Shown here piece by piece: positions 41,645-56,300 of a stretch of DNA of 64,000 nt. The first letter of the stretch is position 1; the number at the start of each line of letters is the position of its first letter. Both the position numbers and the translations under genes were made by a program. The notes below the pieces were generated by a model. That model saw only the letters and a list, made by a program, of their open reading frames with translations. It was not told where the DNA came from and ran no database searches. Origin of the DNA: Paraphysomonas bandaiensis (taxonomy: Eukaryota > Protista > Chrysophyceae). Location: the NCBI GenBank assembly GCA_965644295.1, contig CBFFRP010000298.1, forward strand, positions 186,001 through 250,000, written 5' to 3'.

Positions 41645-44600
41645 GTAATTTCTTTTTCATTTTCATTTTAGTCGTTGATTAGTGTAGCCTGCATGTGAAT
41701 TAGTATTTAAAGTGAACATATGATACATAATAAATTTATCACTGACAATGAAGCATTAAATTTCAAGTAATTAGCATGATTTGTTGAGAGATAACTATAC
41801 CCTAGTATATGTGTTCTCTGTATGGAATAAGTAACAAGTTGCAAAAATGTGTTAATAAAAAGGTCCGGAACGTGTAGATCAAAGTCAACTGATATGATGT
41901 GTCGAATGTCGAAGTATTGGTAGGAGGCATAAAGAACATACGACATTTATTAAGGTTAAACATTAATGAATATTCACATCATGCAGCTTTATGACCTACA
42001 ACGAGTACGATTCATCACTGTTGACTTGAAACGGAATGCCAAGGCAGAACAGTGTACACGCAATTCTTTCATCCCCAGGCAATATTTCAAGTACAACAGT
42101 GAACATTCAACAGCATGACAGTCACAACGCTAATATTTATTAGCTGAAGGAAAATTGTAATGATATATTCAGATTAATGTTGTCATACTTTGGGATCTTC
42201 AACACCTGTAACTAACACTGACTGTAAGTACAACTCACAAAATTCACTCTCGCAATCACCATTATGCTGCCATTGAGGTGTTCATAATCTTGTCGTACTC
42301 CACGTAAAGGTAAATGTGGGTATAGAGTCATAGTACTCCCGAAACTGCAGTTAATTGTTTTACTAAAAGATGAAAGAGAAAACAGTGATATCTATATGTA
42401 TACGAGCTCTTGAGGAGTGTATCTATATGTATACGAGCTCTTGAGGTGTTCATGAGGATAGCATATGGAAAGTATACTGTAGCTTTGGAAAAGCTGTTTT
42501 TCACCTTCGTTTGTGATCTCAGTTGCCGGAAAGGAATATAATGATCACATGGTTCTCATATTACGCTCATGTGGATAACTTAACTTTATATGGTGGTGGG
42601 ATGCAGAGATACAAGCATATCCATAGCTATATCTATACCACCATAGCATACTGCTGCAGAGTATTGTACATAAATCCAGATGTGGTGCTTTTTATATTTT
42701 ATATTCTAAAAATCAATGGTTTTGAAATGCACAATTTCGTTTCTTTGGTATTTTCAGTTCGATTCCTACATTGTATGTTGAACACATATCATACCAAAAT
42801 ACCAGTACGACTTGGCCGACCGTATCAATATACACACACCGTACACCGCACATCAGCATGCAATCGTCGTGTACATGTACTCTGTACACACAACAGGCAG
42901 CAGCAGTACTCTGTATATGTACAGAAGTGTATGGTGTGTTGCTTATATATGAACTGTACAATTTAAAATAACATCAATTCAACTGCATCATAGTGGTTGC
43001 AATCATATATTACTCCTCTACCTGGCCCTCCTATTCCCTCCTATACCCTCCTATGAATATTCAATAGTAATCAATCCAATAGAAAGATGGATGCTGTGCT
43101 TCTTAACTACTATCGCGTGTTATGGTCAGAGTTTGTTATCTTATATGATGCAGCAACTGTATACCATAAGAGAAGACCCACTGGAAAATCTGTTAAAGAG
43201 TTTGGAGAGGGACTTCACGCATTAGTTAAATCAGAAATCAATTCCAATTCGCCAGCTTTCTATGACGATGATGAAATATTAGACTTTTCTGAAGGTATGA
43301 ATGAGTTATTCGGAACTGTCATACAATGAGTTGATGTATGTATATATGCAGATAGAGTTATTAGAAAAGTATTATGGCAGTTTACACATGGTGTGGTTTT
43401 GGAATTTATTGCCGAAGAACTTTCTCAATACCCTTTCTGGGCTGCTAAAGTAGTAACGGTCGTAAATAAGTCCTATAGAGAGGACGTCAACGTGCTTCGT
43501 TCTGCATTCAGATTTTTTGAACATACCTACGCAAGGGGGGGCATCCGAGCCATATTCGAGGTAAATCAGTCTTTTCATGCTGTTTAATGTTTTCAATTGA
43601 GTAATTGATAGGGCAATGTTCCATATCTGGCAGCTGCGGCAGTTGTTAACTACGACCACTTACAGAAGACGATGCGTGGGTTCATTACTGTGCTAGAGTG
43701 AGTAAAATATTGCATTTTTGTGTGTTGTCACGTTGTGCAGGTCCCATCTTCCTCGCCTTCCGTCTTCTAGTCTCTCTCTTAATCAACAAGGGAAGGGTCA
43801 AAAATCCGCAAAGCGGAGGCGATCCAATGATTTTGACGGGGCAAAAAAGAACGAGGTACAGTCTAGTTGGACCTTGGCGGTGGGTATACCTGTGGTGGCG
43901 TTTGTCTTGTTTACATGTTGCCTTAATTAGAGCACTGCTGGGCGGGTAGCCATCGCAGTTATGGTTCACCCCCTTCTCCTTCTCTCAGTGCGAATGATTA
44001 CGGACCCACAGCTGCGGTCTCAAAATTGGTGAGAGTTAAGCGTATTTGTTTGTGTTATATGTGCTGTTGCTATGTCAATTTTCTCCCGATATGTGCATGT
44101 GATGTCTTTCGGGTATAGGTTGTCAGCTTATTGGTCCCTAGTCTCCACCCAGGGAATTCCTGTTCTCTACACTGGACTCAGGTAACGCTGTTCTTCTATA
44201 GACAAGTGAAATACACGCACTAAGATGTGCTCTCCCTGACTAATATGTTGTACTGAGGATATTGAATTGTATTAAGTTTATGTCTGTTGCATACATTGAA
44301 GTTTACATGATATGATAATGGTGATTTGTTATAGGATATCTTTGTCCCTCGCATTGTTGCCGCTTAAGCCAGTATATTCATTGGGTGTGCCAGAATGCGT
44401 TCTTTTTCGCCGCATGTCGGGCCAGGTATATTGTATTCCGATATTCTCGGTACCAATCTTACGTGGATAACAACAGGGCGTGGAGGATCGTTTTGGTGGG
44501 TCGTTTTCAGTGATATACAGTGCACTTGTGGAGGAGGGGGCGCTTGGCCTGGTTGGATATGGCATACTCACAGCCGCCCAGGTCATTCCGGGGTTTCTCA

Positions 44601-45587
44601 GCTTTGTTGCCTCCAGGTATTTCGTGTTCACTGTCTCTCTTGCTTGTCTGTGCGGGTGTGATTCGATGCGTTTGATTCCAGATGGTGCCTGTGGTTGATA
44701 TGCGGGTCGTCCAGGCAGAGAGATAGGCAACACAGGAGGCGCAAGGCGGTAGGTTGCTATGATTAGCACGATAGCTATTATAACGGGCCCCCTGTACAGG
44801 TATTGGAGGCACAGTGGGGAAAGAGTCAAGCCAAGTAATTTTGTCGGCACCGACGAATTTTCCATCCTGGTATATTACATTACGAGGTCAGCCATGTGGC
44901 AATAGTAAATACCTCCAGATTCTTCATTTCTGTTAGCTTTAGCAACTGTATTAGAGTAGTCGGTACATAGATAGTAAACCTAGCTATAATGTTTAGTGCA
45001 GAAGGGGTAATAGATATGTAGAAATAGATTTACTTCTGCGACTGGACTTGTTAACTGGCAAGTGCTTAGTAACAATAATTTTTGCTTATGTCAATAGTTT
45101 AAAGTATTAAATTGTGCATCATTTATCATTTATATATCTTCCAGCCGTCATGATAATTATATTATACTCCATATATTTATCATCTGACTGAACGATAATA
45201 AGAATTTCACATGTAGCTGTCTGGCCCTCATTACGTGAAAATGCCGGGTTCTACACTTCCATTCACGTAAATAATTATTAAGATTATTTTCTTGTTAGCG
45301 TAGGGCTTAGTCCTTAGTCATGACTCTGAATACTGTAATGAGTAGGTATGAAGTATGAAGACAGAGACAGCAAGTAAGTAACATGTATCTTATGAGTCAG
45401 TTAAAATTGGTTTAACTTTCGTAACCAGAAAACGGACGTTAATAAATGTAAACGATAATATAATAGTTCAAATATGCTACTCCACATACGAGAAATGCTT
45501 TATCCACATAACGTAGCCCAAGTTGAACTCTTAGCATCGTAATACATCAAGAAGACGACAATCATCATAGCCGATGACAGAAACTAA

Positions 45588-46294
45588 TCAGTCCATAGGA
45601 GAAAAGTATGTTATTTGTCCCCCTCGCTTCTTCTTCGCGATGTCATACGCATCCCACTCCTGTACAACAGATATATTACCCGACAGCACTAGCACAAAAT
45701 ATATACTGATACCATTTCTATTTCTCCATCTTCAGTTAAGCGTCGTGTATGAAGTACATGTATGCCAGACGTTTTGCTCACAGGCTCTAGATCCATGTAT
45801 AAGAGCTTCTTCTCCTCGTCCGCCCAGACCTTGGCAAGAACATTGTCATTGTCAGGTTTAGCCTCAATCGCCTCTGCATTTTCCTTGCTGGTCCCAATTT
45901 TAAAAGTCGCTGACCATTCCTTTTGTCCCCCAAAGTCTTTCGAAAACTTCATAACACCATCAGATATTTCAATCTTGTGATGCAGAGTATACATCATTGA
46001 GCTCGCCAGTTTCCTGAGAACAAAATTATATCCCAAAAACGGGAGCCACTTCGATTCCAAATCAGGACAGCGAGTTTGAATCCAGTCTCCATTGAATTCA
46101 GTTTTCCAGTCACCTGAATCATTTTTTTTCTTTTTCTTGGTTGTTTTATCGTTTTTAAGAGTATAGTTTACAGGCTCATTGCTACTCTTGTTATGAACTA
46201 TATGAAAATATATTATCAATGCCCCAACTAATACGGAATATATTGGCACAAAAACATCCAATGCTCCAGTGAATGTAATCGGGGGTAGATCCAT
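45588..46294 (-). CDS. N-terminally anchored FABP/lipocalin-like protein (2 exons)
   Basis: TM segment, FNGDW..., beta-barrel pattern and HTRRL..DG. A predicted intron at 45660-45712 gives the C-terminus EWDAYDIAKKKRGGQITYFSPMD*. Confidence 0.55.
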
Positions 46295-47382
46295 TAGTAT
46301 AATGCTCTGAGATTATTAGATTTAATAGTAATTATGCATATGATCATAGATTTGATGGTGGGAATACCCTAATTAGCTATAGATACATGTGTATGACTGA
46401 TGGTGACCTATAACAATGTACCTGTGTATGCGGTACAACAGTACGGAGTGGATTCTGTTCGTTGTTCTTGCCTGAAAGTGGCCCATCCCTACAGTGATGT
46501 AGTAGATATTAGGATATCCAGGTGTAGAAAACGAACTACAATAACGATTTTACAGAAAGTAGCGATTTTGTAAGTAAAGCGCATATTTTATTGCTAAAAT
46601 TCAAGACCACCAGCATATTTTCCGTCAATGAAAGATTTTAAAGCAACAGACGGATAAATTTCAAAGAAAGATATCAACGGAGTTCACTCTGTGGCTCGAG
46701 ACGAGGATTCTTCTCTGCTAACAGATCACAAGTAGTAGTACTCTGTGTATTCACTGCGAATACTCGCAAGTAACATTGCTTACCTTATATTTGCAGTATG
46801 ATGCGACTGGTGTGTTCGCAAGTGTAACAGAGAGTATTTCTCACAAGGGGAGTGGCAAGTTACTAGTCACATGGATACAGAATGAGCTAATCTCACTTGT
46901 TGTAATAACTTATTCCAAACTATTGGATTAGGGGAATATTTGTATCATGTATTTCAGAGAGTGGCTGCTTTTACGACACTCAGATGTAATGGAGTGGGCG
47001 ACAGTTAGTAAAAGTAATAGGAAGCATCCCCAAACCTCCTCTTAAGTTGAAAGGGATAAGAGCCACATTAATGAATGTGTTAGTTATAATAAATATTTTT
47101 GTTTGAAGCAATGAATATAGTGAAGCTTCATCAGTATAGTGAAACAATATCATTGGATTGGACGATAAATTTCCACTGGAAGAAGCACGTATTTGTGCAG
47201 TAGTAAATTTGAAGCAGTAATTATTTAACTCTATGTTATAACTTTGCAACACACCAAAATCTCCGGCGACTTACTTACAAATTCAAAGCAACGTATTCCG
47301 TTATTTAGTTTCAAATAGTATCCACATATTAAACAGCCACTATTTAATGGAGAAGTGATTTCGTTATAGTATCCTAACAGAT

Positions 47383-48645
47383 TTAACATCGTTCTAAAAT
47401 GACTGCATATCCCTGTCCTACACCCACACACATAGTAATAAGCCCATATTTCTTCTGTCTTCTCTGTAGTTCTAAAGCTGCGGAGAGCACTATCCGTGCA
47501 CCAGACATACCCAATGGGTGGCCAAGAGCTATAGCCCCCCCATTTGGATTAACACGTTCGTCATCGTCATCTATTCCCCACTCCCGGAGGCATCCAAGAC
47601 TTTGGGCAGCAAACGCTTCATTGAGTTCGATTATATCGATATCTGACCACTTCAGACCAGCACTTTGTAGAGCCTTGTTGGCGGCAGGTACTGGCCCCAG
47701 TCCCATTAGAGAAGGTTCCACGCCTGCTGCAGCTGAACAAACTACCCGTGCTAGAGGAGACAGCCCATTCATCCGAAGCCCCTGCTCAGAGGCTAGGAGC
47801 AATGCTGCAGCCCCGTCATTAAGACCTGAGGAGTTCCCTGCCGTCACAGAGCCACCCTCGCGGAATACGGGGCGAAGCGCTGCTAGACCATCCGCTGTGC
47901 TATCCATTCGCAAAAATTCGTCAGTTTCTACAGCCTTAGTAGGTTTCCCCGGTACTGATGGTACGTGAACCGACATAATTTCATCGGCAAGCCGGCCACT
48001 TCTAAAGGCAGCAGCTGCCTTTTGCTGGCTTCGGAGTGCAAACGCATCCTGGTCGGCTCTGGAAATATTCAATTTATCCGCCACATTTTCAGCGGTTTCA
48101 CCCATAGCTTCGACGCCGTATATTTTTTTTAGCTATATTCGCAAGTCTTTAGTTACAAGTTCTCTAGGGAGAATGTGTAAACGTACCTGGGGGTTTACAA
48201 ATCTCCAACCGAAGCTAGAGTCATAGAGTTTCTGGTCTCGACCAAATGACTTGGAGGCTTTGCTCATTACCAGAGGACCACGAGTCATGTGTTCTACACC
48301 ACCTGCAATAGCAAGGTTATACTCACCGAGCTGAAGCGACTTGCAAGCATCTGCAACGGCGCATAATCCCGATGCACAAAGTCTGTTTACAGTTATCCCC
48401 GGAACAGTTACAGGGTATCCGGCAAGGAGAAGAGACATGCGTGCAATATTTCTGTTGTCTTCTCCAGCTTGGTTAGCACACCCCATGATAACATCCCCTA
48501 TATCTGAGAAGTCTACCTCTGCGTTACTGTTTCTGATGCCTCTCAGCACTGCTGCACACAGATCATCTGTTCTTATATGCGAGAGGCTGCCTCCAAATTT
48601 TCCGATAGGACTGCGAAGTCCATTGACAATGTAAGCATGATGCAT
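47383..48645 (-). CDS. Thiolase of bacterial PcaF/PaaJ (3-oxoadipyl-CoA thiolase) type, one intron
   Basis: NQAGEDNRNIARM, NRLCASG, GWRFVNP, NEAFA, GHPLG and MCVGVGQG. A 54-nt GT-AG intron (48133-48186) joins FVNPQ/LKKIYGVEAMGETAENVA. Confidence 0.88.
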
Positions 48646-48996
48646 TGACTTTGACTCGTTCAAAGTGGAATGATATAATGTGTATGTATCCTCGTATGAT
48701 ATAATGCATAGGTATGTAGCACTTACTGCTACAAAGTCTATATATATATCGACGGTGAGCCTATCATATTGTAGTATAAGGTGAATAAGTTATATGATTC
48801 GCTGTGGTTGGGTGTATGTATGTATGTATAGTCCATGGTACTGGTGTACGTGCTGTAGTATATAGCATATATCTGCCTGTGTGTTGCTGGTATGTGTATG
48901 ATGCTGATATCTGGAAGCAATCAATAGATCAGAGTGTGGTAATTAATTGACCTCATCCACATTAATCAAATCACATCATTCTTCACTACAATTGTA

Positions 48997-50140
48997 ATGA
49001 TGTACGATAAAATAGTTTGTATTGTATTGCTCATATCGATTCCACAGACTGTATGCAGAATAATCGCCACTGAGGATGATATTGTCACTGTACATCATGT
49101 AGTGGAGTATTTAAGAGGTGGAGTGGCAATTGTCAGGAATCTTATGCCTGAATTAAAACATGAGTATGTTCATGATGAAATTTTTCGTGCTGACTCTTTA
49201 GCACGACTGAAGTATACACAGTATTCGTTTGAATATTTCAAGCGAGGGGAATGTGACTGCAAAAATGTGTATGGTTTGGATTGTGGAACATTTTACGAAG
49301 AGGAGTTATATCGAGACGAGGATTTGCCTTTGGAAGCAGCAAAGTTCTTATTTGAGAGAAATTATGCATATATGGTGTGCTGTTCAGAAAACTTTCAGAG
49401 AGCTTTCCCTAACAGACCAGCTGGTCTGCCATACTTTCAAACTATAAATTTGCATCGTAGGAATAAGTTTATATATGACATGGCTGTTCAGCACAAACTC
49501 GGAAGGGCTGCAGCGTTGTTGTTGCAACACCCAACTGTACGGTTATACCAGACAACCCTATTCGTCAAAAATGCTAGTGCTATTAATAAAGGAACTTCTT
49601 GGCACCATGACCTCAATATGGTAGATGTATACTTTCACTTCGTAAACTGCGTAGTAACTTGTGCGTCAGGTTCCGTTAGACGTGAATGCTGGAGGTTATG
49701 TGACTTTCTGGTGTCCATTGACTTCTCTTAGGGTCGAAGATGGCGACTCAGTTCTCAAGTTTGCTCATGGGAGCCATCGGGACCGTGCCTATGGTCACTG
49801 GTATAGCGACGAGAAGCCTATGCCGATGGATGTCATCAACAAACGGTACAGTATCGTAGAAGTGTCTGAATTCGAAGTAGGTGATTGTACCGCACACGAT
49901 GGCTGGATCCTCCATGCTGCCAATGAGCAGATGAACAGGAAACAAGCCCGAGTAGCGATAGGTTTCAGTTTTGTTGCTGGAAATGCTAGGAGATTGGAAG
50001 ATTTGCACGCTACCGGGTCGCGACCATGGAGAAGTGTCAAAATCGAGGACGAGTTGTCATATGCAGATTGGATATACGACATCAAAGGCGGAGAGATAAT
50101 AGATCACCCATTGCTTCCAGTAGTGTATAGTGAAGTGTAA
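48997..50140 (+). CDS. PhyH-like Fe(II)/2-oxoglutarate dioxygenase (2 exons)
   Basis: TSWHHD, TFWCPL, GSH, GDCTAHDGWILHAA and R motifs; intron at 49621-49669. Confidence 0.8.
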
Positions 50141-50696
50141 TTGCTTACTATAATCGTAGATATGTATGTATCGTGGACTGAGGTTTACAGTGTGAGTTTA
50201 CTAGGTTTTATTTATTATGGCACTTAAGAAACTTAGGAAATGTACAGAGGGGATATAAATATATTGTTATATTGAAACTTATGTGCCCACAGTGTGTATT
50301 GTGGTAATCGGTAATATATCATTGATATTGATGTAAAACCGACCTGATAGACCTATATTTGGGGAACATCATTTTCATGGATATCATAGAATATAGCTAA
50401 CACCTACGGTTTCAGTAAATGCTCTTTATTGTCACACTTTTTCAACACTTCTATAGTAGCTTGAAATTTGCCAACGGCTTATATCGGGGAAAGCATTTTT
50501 CAGCTTGTCTGGATCTATAAATATTACAAATCATAATTATAAACAGTATATTTATTAAAAGCAAGATAAATCTAAAATTTCCCTGAGTTCAACATTATTT
50601 TTCTTCTGCCACAAGTGTGTAAGTCCGTCAATAGTTATGTCGTAATATTGTAGTAGTGCATATCTATGATGCTGTAGTAAACTAAAGTGCACCAGT

Positions 50697-51551
50697 TCAT
50701 GCACTAGCATCCAGTTTATATTTTTCTTCGTTGTCTAGAACCCTTAGCAAAGTTGATCTCGCGAACCTATGCCCTTTCTCTCCTGCAGTATAAAGTAGCT
50801 GTACTGCACGTGGAAGATCTTTCTTTCCGGCTTCTCCAGTCATCAGCATATCAGCTACCATATATTGCGCGCATGTATGGTTAAGACTGGCGGCAAGTTC
50901 AAACATACCGTAAGCAGTAGCATTATCTTCTTCTATGTATGGGCTGGCCCCACCAGTATAGTGCAGAACTGCAAGCTCGTATATCGCTTGTGGGTATCCC
51001 ATTTCTGCGGCTTGTTTCAAGAGTTGTACTCCCCTCTTGTCATCTCTATCCACTCCAAGACCCTCCAGTAAACATACCGCTGCAGCAGTCATACCGCGAA
51101 CATCTCCGGTATTTGCTAGCCACTCATAGAGTTGCATACCCTCTGCCGGGTCCACACAGTTGAAAAGTAAAGCCGTTCCAAGGTGAAACTTTGTATCTAG
51201 ACATTCCTTACTTAATTTATTAACATCTTGTGTAGAATTGCACTCTTTTAGCGCACTCCTGAGAGACGGAATGTCATCGACTTTCGGCTGGTGCTCTGGC
51301 CATGCTCTGGCTGGAAGTTTTCGCCAGTGATCCTCGTCACGGATCCAACGCTCACGCATCTCTTGTTCCTGGGCACGGAGGCGGAGTATTTCCGCAGTGA
51401 ATGCATCACTACCATGACTAGAGTTAGAAGAATCGCTCGATTCGCATTCTGCTGTTAAGGAGCAATAACATTTGGCTAATGTAATATTAGTGCAGACGAA
51501 CAACTGCGCCCTTGTATTAAGGAGTAATCTACGCATAATACAACTGACCAA
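50697..51551 (-). CDS. Sel1-repeat protein
   Basis: GLGVDRD...GV.LL.QAAE.GYP.A.YELA repeats. Confidence 0.8.
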   Translation of the reverse strand: MVSCIMRRLLLNTRAQLFVCTNITLAKCYCSLTAECESSDSSNSSHGSDAFTAEILRLRAQEQEMRERWIRDEDHWRKLPARAWPEHQPKVDDIPSLRSALKECNSTQDVNKLSKECLDTKFHLGTALLFNCVDPAEGMQLYEWLANTGDVRGMTAAAVCLLEGLGVDRDDKRGVQLLKQAAEMGYPQAIYELAVLHYTGGASPYIEEDNATAYGMFELAASLNHTCAQYMVADMLMTGEAGKKDLPRAVQLLYTAGEKGHRFARSTLLRVLDNEEKYKLDASA

Positions 51552-52027
51552 TGCAATACCAACGCTATTTAAAGATGATAGAGTGTACAGCTATGTCCAA
51601 TACGGCCTCTATATATGTAGACGTTCTGATAAGACTGACTTGCTTGTTCTGGTGTGTTAAGTGGTCGCTCTGTGGAAGCTGCAGTAGCCAATGAACTGAA
51701 GGCAGTAAAAACCCACGTTCCTTCGAGAATAACCTAAAAAACGGTGTTTTCTATGGATTCTGTTCTGCTCTAAAACTGCACAAAGAGAATCTAAAAAATC
51801 CCGCTTTTTATATACAGTACGAAGTGCTGTATACTGCTGTATGTACAGTACACTATATCGCACTCTGTTGATCTGGATCTGGTGCGCAGATATCTGTAAA
51901 GCATATGTATGTATGTATGTGGGCTGTAGACTGTAGATCAACTCTACATGCACATACACACTATAGAGCGACTATATTTCCACCCACCTCTAATCCAATC
52001 CATCCATCACACACACATACATATATC

Positions 52028-52999
52028 ATGGACGATTACTCTGATCTTTCTGATCTTGAGAGAGTTCGATTAGAGAATATACGGAAGAATGCAGAGTTTT
52101 TGGCAGCTATCGGATTAGAGGCAGCCAGAGCACCTCTAAACACCCATTTGGCTTCAAAGACAATAGAAAAGAAGCCCTCATTAAAACGTAAATCAGTGGA
52201 TCGTACAAGTAGTAACAGTAGTAGCTCGGTGGGGTTAAGGAGATCCTCTAGACTGAAAGGTGAATCTGGAGAGTCTGTTGTCCAGGTACATCTCCTGTAT
52301 GCTTGAGTATGTACCGCTAATTATTTTTATCGAAAGCCCCAACCCGAAGAAGTGGTTGAAGAAGCGAAAGATCCTCTAACAACGATTCCTGTGGTAAGTC
52401 TGTTTTACATGTGTGCTGATTTACTCTATCATAGTGGAATGATAAAATGTGTGATGCAATTATAATTACGATAGGTGTTGCGTGATGCATATATTCTATA
52501 CGATATTATACTGTTAACGTTTAGTGATATATACCGTTTAATTCAGGACTCAGACGGCCTGGATGACTATGAATTTGAAGTGTTTGCAGCTCTGAAAAAA
52601 TGGCGGCTAAGTCGATGCCGAGAGTTGGAAATCGAGCCGTATAAGATATTTCAGAATAGAACCCTTTGTGAAATAGTAAGAAGGAGACGAAACGACCCGA
52701 ACTGGGCACGGCTATATATTGAAAATACGAAGCAGATAGATGTCGATAGCGGTTGTGCAGCTGAAGTCAAGGAAAGCGACCGCGAGGAAGAAAATGCCAG
52801 CGATATGAATGTCAAGGATATATCCGACAATTTTACACGTGTTTGTGAAGACCTCTTGATGTGTTGGGGCATAGGGCAGAGTAAAGTCAAGAAAGATGGA
52901 GGATTTGCACACGAAGCCATAGCGGTGTTAGATAGTAGAGATGACCTGGCCGAGTTGCTAGTTAAATCAGTGCAGAATTTTCGAAAACTAGATGATTAA
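52028..52999 (+). CDS. HRDC-domain-containing protein, multi-exon
   Basis: VFAALKKWRLSRCRELEIEPYKIFQNRTLCEI..R (HRDC-like) with N-terminal LERVRLENIRKNAEFL. Confidence 0.65.
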
Positions 53000-53349
53000 G
53001 TGAACTACTCCGGGCTGTTTGTACTCCTATTCTCACTATTTATGTGTTGAATAATTAATGTTTCATAAATATGATATTTGGGTAGACGTAAAACAGTATA
53101 CTATCATCGCATTTCATTTTACATGTGGTAGCTCTAAACTCTAAAGTAACCTTGCGTAGCTACGAGTTCAATGTCACTGCTACATGTTGAGTTCTGCTGT
53201 TGGAGCAATTGAAAGCTGTAGTTCTAAGGTATTGGAATTATGACCATTAGTCGAAGAATACAGTAGTGGTTAACAGTATTATGAGAACTAACAACATGAT
53301 GGCTACTGTAGTAATGAAACTGAATATTATAGTGATCATACAAGATAAT

Positions 53350-56300
53350 AATAAAGAATTGATCTTTATAATAGTAAAACAATGTTGTGATTATTAGAAT
53401 GTAAGTAATGAACACGATAGAGTGAAAATTATGAATAACAATATAGAACGTACTATCATGCACAACGGAATAGTTAGAAATGTAACTGATAATGACGACG
53501 TTATGATGACGATCACGTATCTTCGACAGATACTCTCTCTAATTCAGTTCATGGTATATTTCATTGAACATTATAACTCACAGATACAATCATGTATTAA
53601 GCTGAATCCTAATACGCCCCCTCAATGAAATAATCAGTGAACCGTAGATAATAGAGAGAATATGAACTTATGCACACTGAGAGTAAAAACCAGAGTAGCA
53701 GTCACTAGTCAATAATAAGCGAACTGCAGAGATGCCATATTGTGAGACCATCCTTCTAGTCCAGCATCATATATTGAATAAAAGTAAAAAAAATGGTAAA
53801 AACTCCGTGTAACTCAAACTAGCCACCTAGGTCGCTTGTGGCTTGATAATTGTGATTTAGGTGTCTCTGAGGTTGTTGATCGCTTTCTGTTGCTGCTGGA
53901 TGGGATGTCGAACCCAGCTCCCCCCATCAATGTAGTTCGCAATTGAAGAAAATTAGTTGTTCCTAGTGGTTTCGTGAGAAGGTCGGCTAACATTGACGTG
54001 GTGGGAATATGATCAACAGTCAATTGGTTTTCGGCAATATTTTCTCGAATGAAATGATACCGTATCGCAATATGTTTCGTACGACGATGATGAGTAGGAT
54101 TGTAACATAATTGGACTGCCCCTTTATTATCGCACCAAATAGTTGTTGAGAATGGAAGTTTGAAACCAATTTCTGATAATAAAGAGCGTAGCCATAATGC
54201 TTCCTGAGCTGTTGACGATAGAGCCATATACTCAGCTTCAGTAGATGACAATGCCACAGTTGTCTGTAATCGAGATTGCCATGATATAAGACAATTACCT
54301 ATGAGGTGACACCGTGCCCAATCGCTATCGCAGTATCCTGACAATGTTATGTGGGATCCAGAATATATCAATCCTTGCTTAGCAGTGCCTTTGAGATACC
54401 TAAGAACATGTAACGCAGCATTACAGGTAGTTAGATTAGGCATATCAGAAAATCTGGCAAGAGTATTGACTGCGTAAGCGATATCCGGTCGAGTGCATAC
54501 AGCTAGATACATCAGGGAACCTATGAGCTCCTTGTAGGGGAAATTCTGAACATAACTTTGATTTGACTCTGAAAGATGATTGTATTCATGTAAATCATAG
54601 TTGAAAGACAGTAACATAGGTGTTGACATGGGTTTACAGTTGGACATATTGAATTTGTCCAGTAGTTTTCTGACATATTGCTCCTGACTGAGAGTCGTGA
54701 TATTTTTGTCAAAATCTTGATGAATGGAGATGCCCAGGTAATAATCTAGGAGTCCGAGATCCGTAATTTCGAACTTTTTGGATAAATGGTCTTTGAATTG
54801 TTGGATATCAGTGTCGGATGTAGATGCTATAATAATATCATCCACATACATGGCTATTAGCATAATCCTGCCATTAATCTGCTTTTTGAATATACACGGG
54901 TCAGATATTAGTCTGGTGAAACCCATATCTAGCATAAAATTTGTACAGCACTTATACCAGTTAAGACCTGCTTGCTTTAGACCATAGATGCTTTTCATCA
55001 GGTTGAGGACTTTTCCGTCAGGGACGTCCATGCCAGGAGGGGGATGCATGTATATGTCCTCTTCGAGGTCAGCATTGATGTACGCAGTTGTGAAATCGAT
55101 TTGGTGCAATTTGAGTTTCATAATAGTCGAAAGGGCAATAATTGTACGTAGTGATGTAGCCTTCGCGACGGGGCTGTATGTATCATTATAATCGATGCCT
55201 TGGATTTGAGTAAAACCCTGTGCGACCAGCCGAGCCTTGAATTTGATATCATTCTGTTTTATTTTTATTTTGAATATGAGTTTCCCCTTTATGGCTCTTG
55301 CTCCAGGTGGTAACGCAGTGTATCTCCAGCATCCTTTCCTCTGAAGAGTGGATATTTCTCTGTTGATAGCATCGATCCACTGCTGTTTATATTTACCTGA
55401 AATAGCATCTTGAACACTCTTTGGTGCATCAGTTAGCTCGTCAATGTCATCGCAATTACTGATAGCATGCATAACAATATCAATATTGTTTGTATGTGAT
55501 TTTGATATACATCGTGTGTCATGTGCCATATGATTTACTACATGTTTAGCATTTACATCACATGTATATACACCATCACCAAGTTTATGTATATTTACAA
55601 TTACCCGTTTCCTGGCCATTCTCCTGCTTCGGAGAACACTCTTTCTACCAGCTAAAAATTGTTGTTTTGCTGTAGCACGGACCTTACTTGGCCCTTCAGG
55701 TGTACCCTGATTTTCCCAATCTCCCGATGAATCAGCAGGCTTGTTGCAGCGTTTGGCCACACGCTGACGCACACGATCCACTTGACCGTGTGGTGCCGGA
55801 TTCGGCACTAGATTCCCATTGAATTGTTTCGAAGGGCGAGTCTTCGCTATCTTTGCATCGGAGTGGGTAGGTTCACACCGATGGCTGCTGATTCTCTCCT
55901 GCGCGGCATCATGATATCTTCGATTCACGCCACTCCCCCTGGAAGTAGCGACTGGCGCTGGAGATCCATTAACTGTATCGGGGTCTTGATCTGATTTGCT
56001 GGATTTATGTATTGGGGTTTTCGATCGAGAAGTATTACATTTGAGACCAACTGCTTTGAGTTCTATGTATTCTTCAGTGTACTTTTCGACGTCTGCAGCA
56101 TGAATGGGGTCGTCGAGCTGGATGAGTCGTGTCTTGTCACCGCTGTCGTCCACTAGACCACGATACGCTGCGATTAATCCTTTTCTGAGCTTTATTTGAG
56201 TTGTTACATATGTTAATCCATCGTCTGGATCTACATGAGCTAGACCTATGAGATATTTGAAACTTTCTACTGTCCTGGAGGTCTCATTCTCTCTGAAGAT

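Noticed and set aside
42390-42446. Short tandem duplication tatctatatgtatacgagctcttgagg x2
   Set aside because: An isolated two-copy duplication with no supporting context.
43087-44900. Possible multi-exon membrane-protein gene
   Set aside because: Coding-like fragments occur in several frames, but I could not build a consistent gene model or assign a family.
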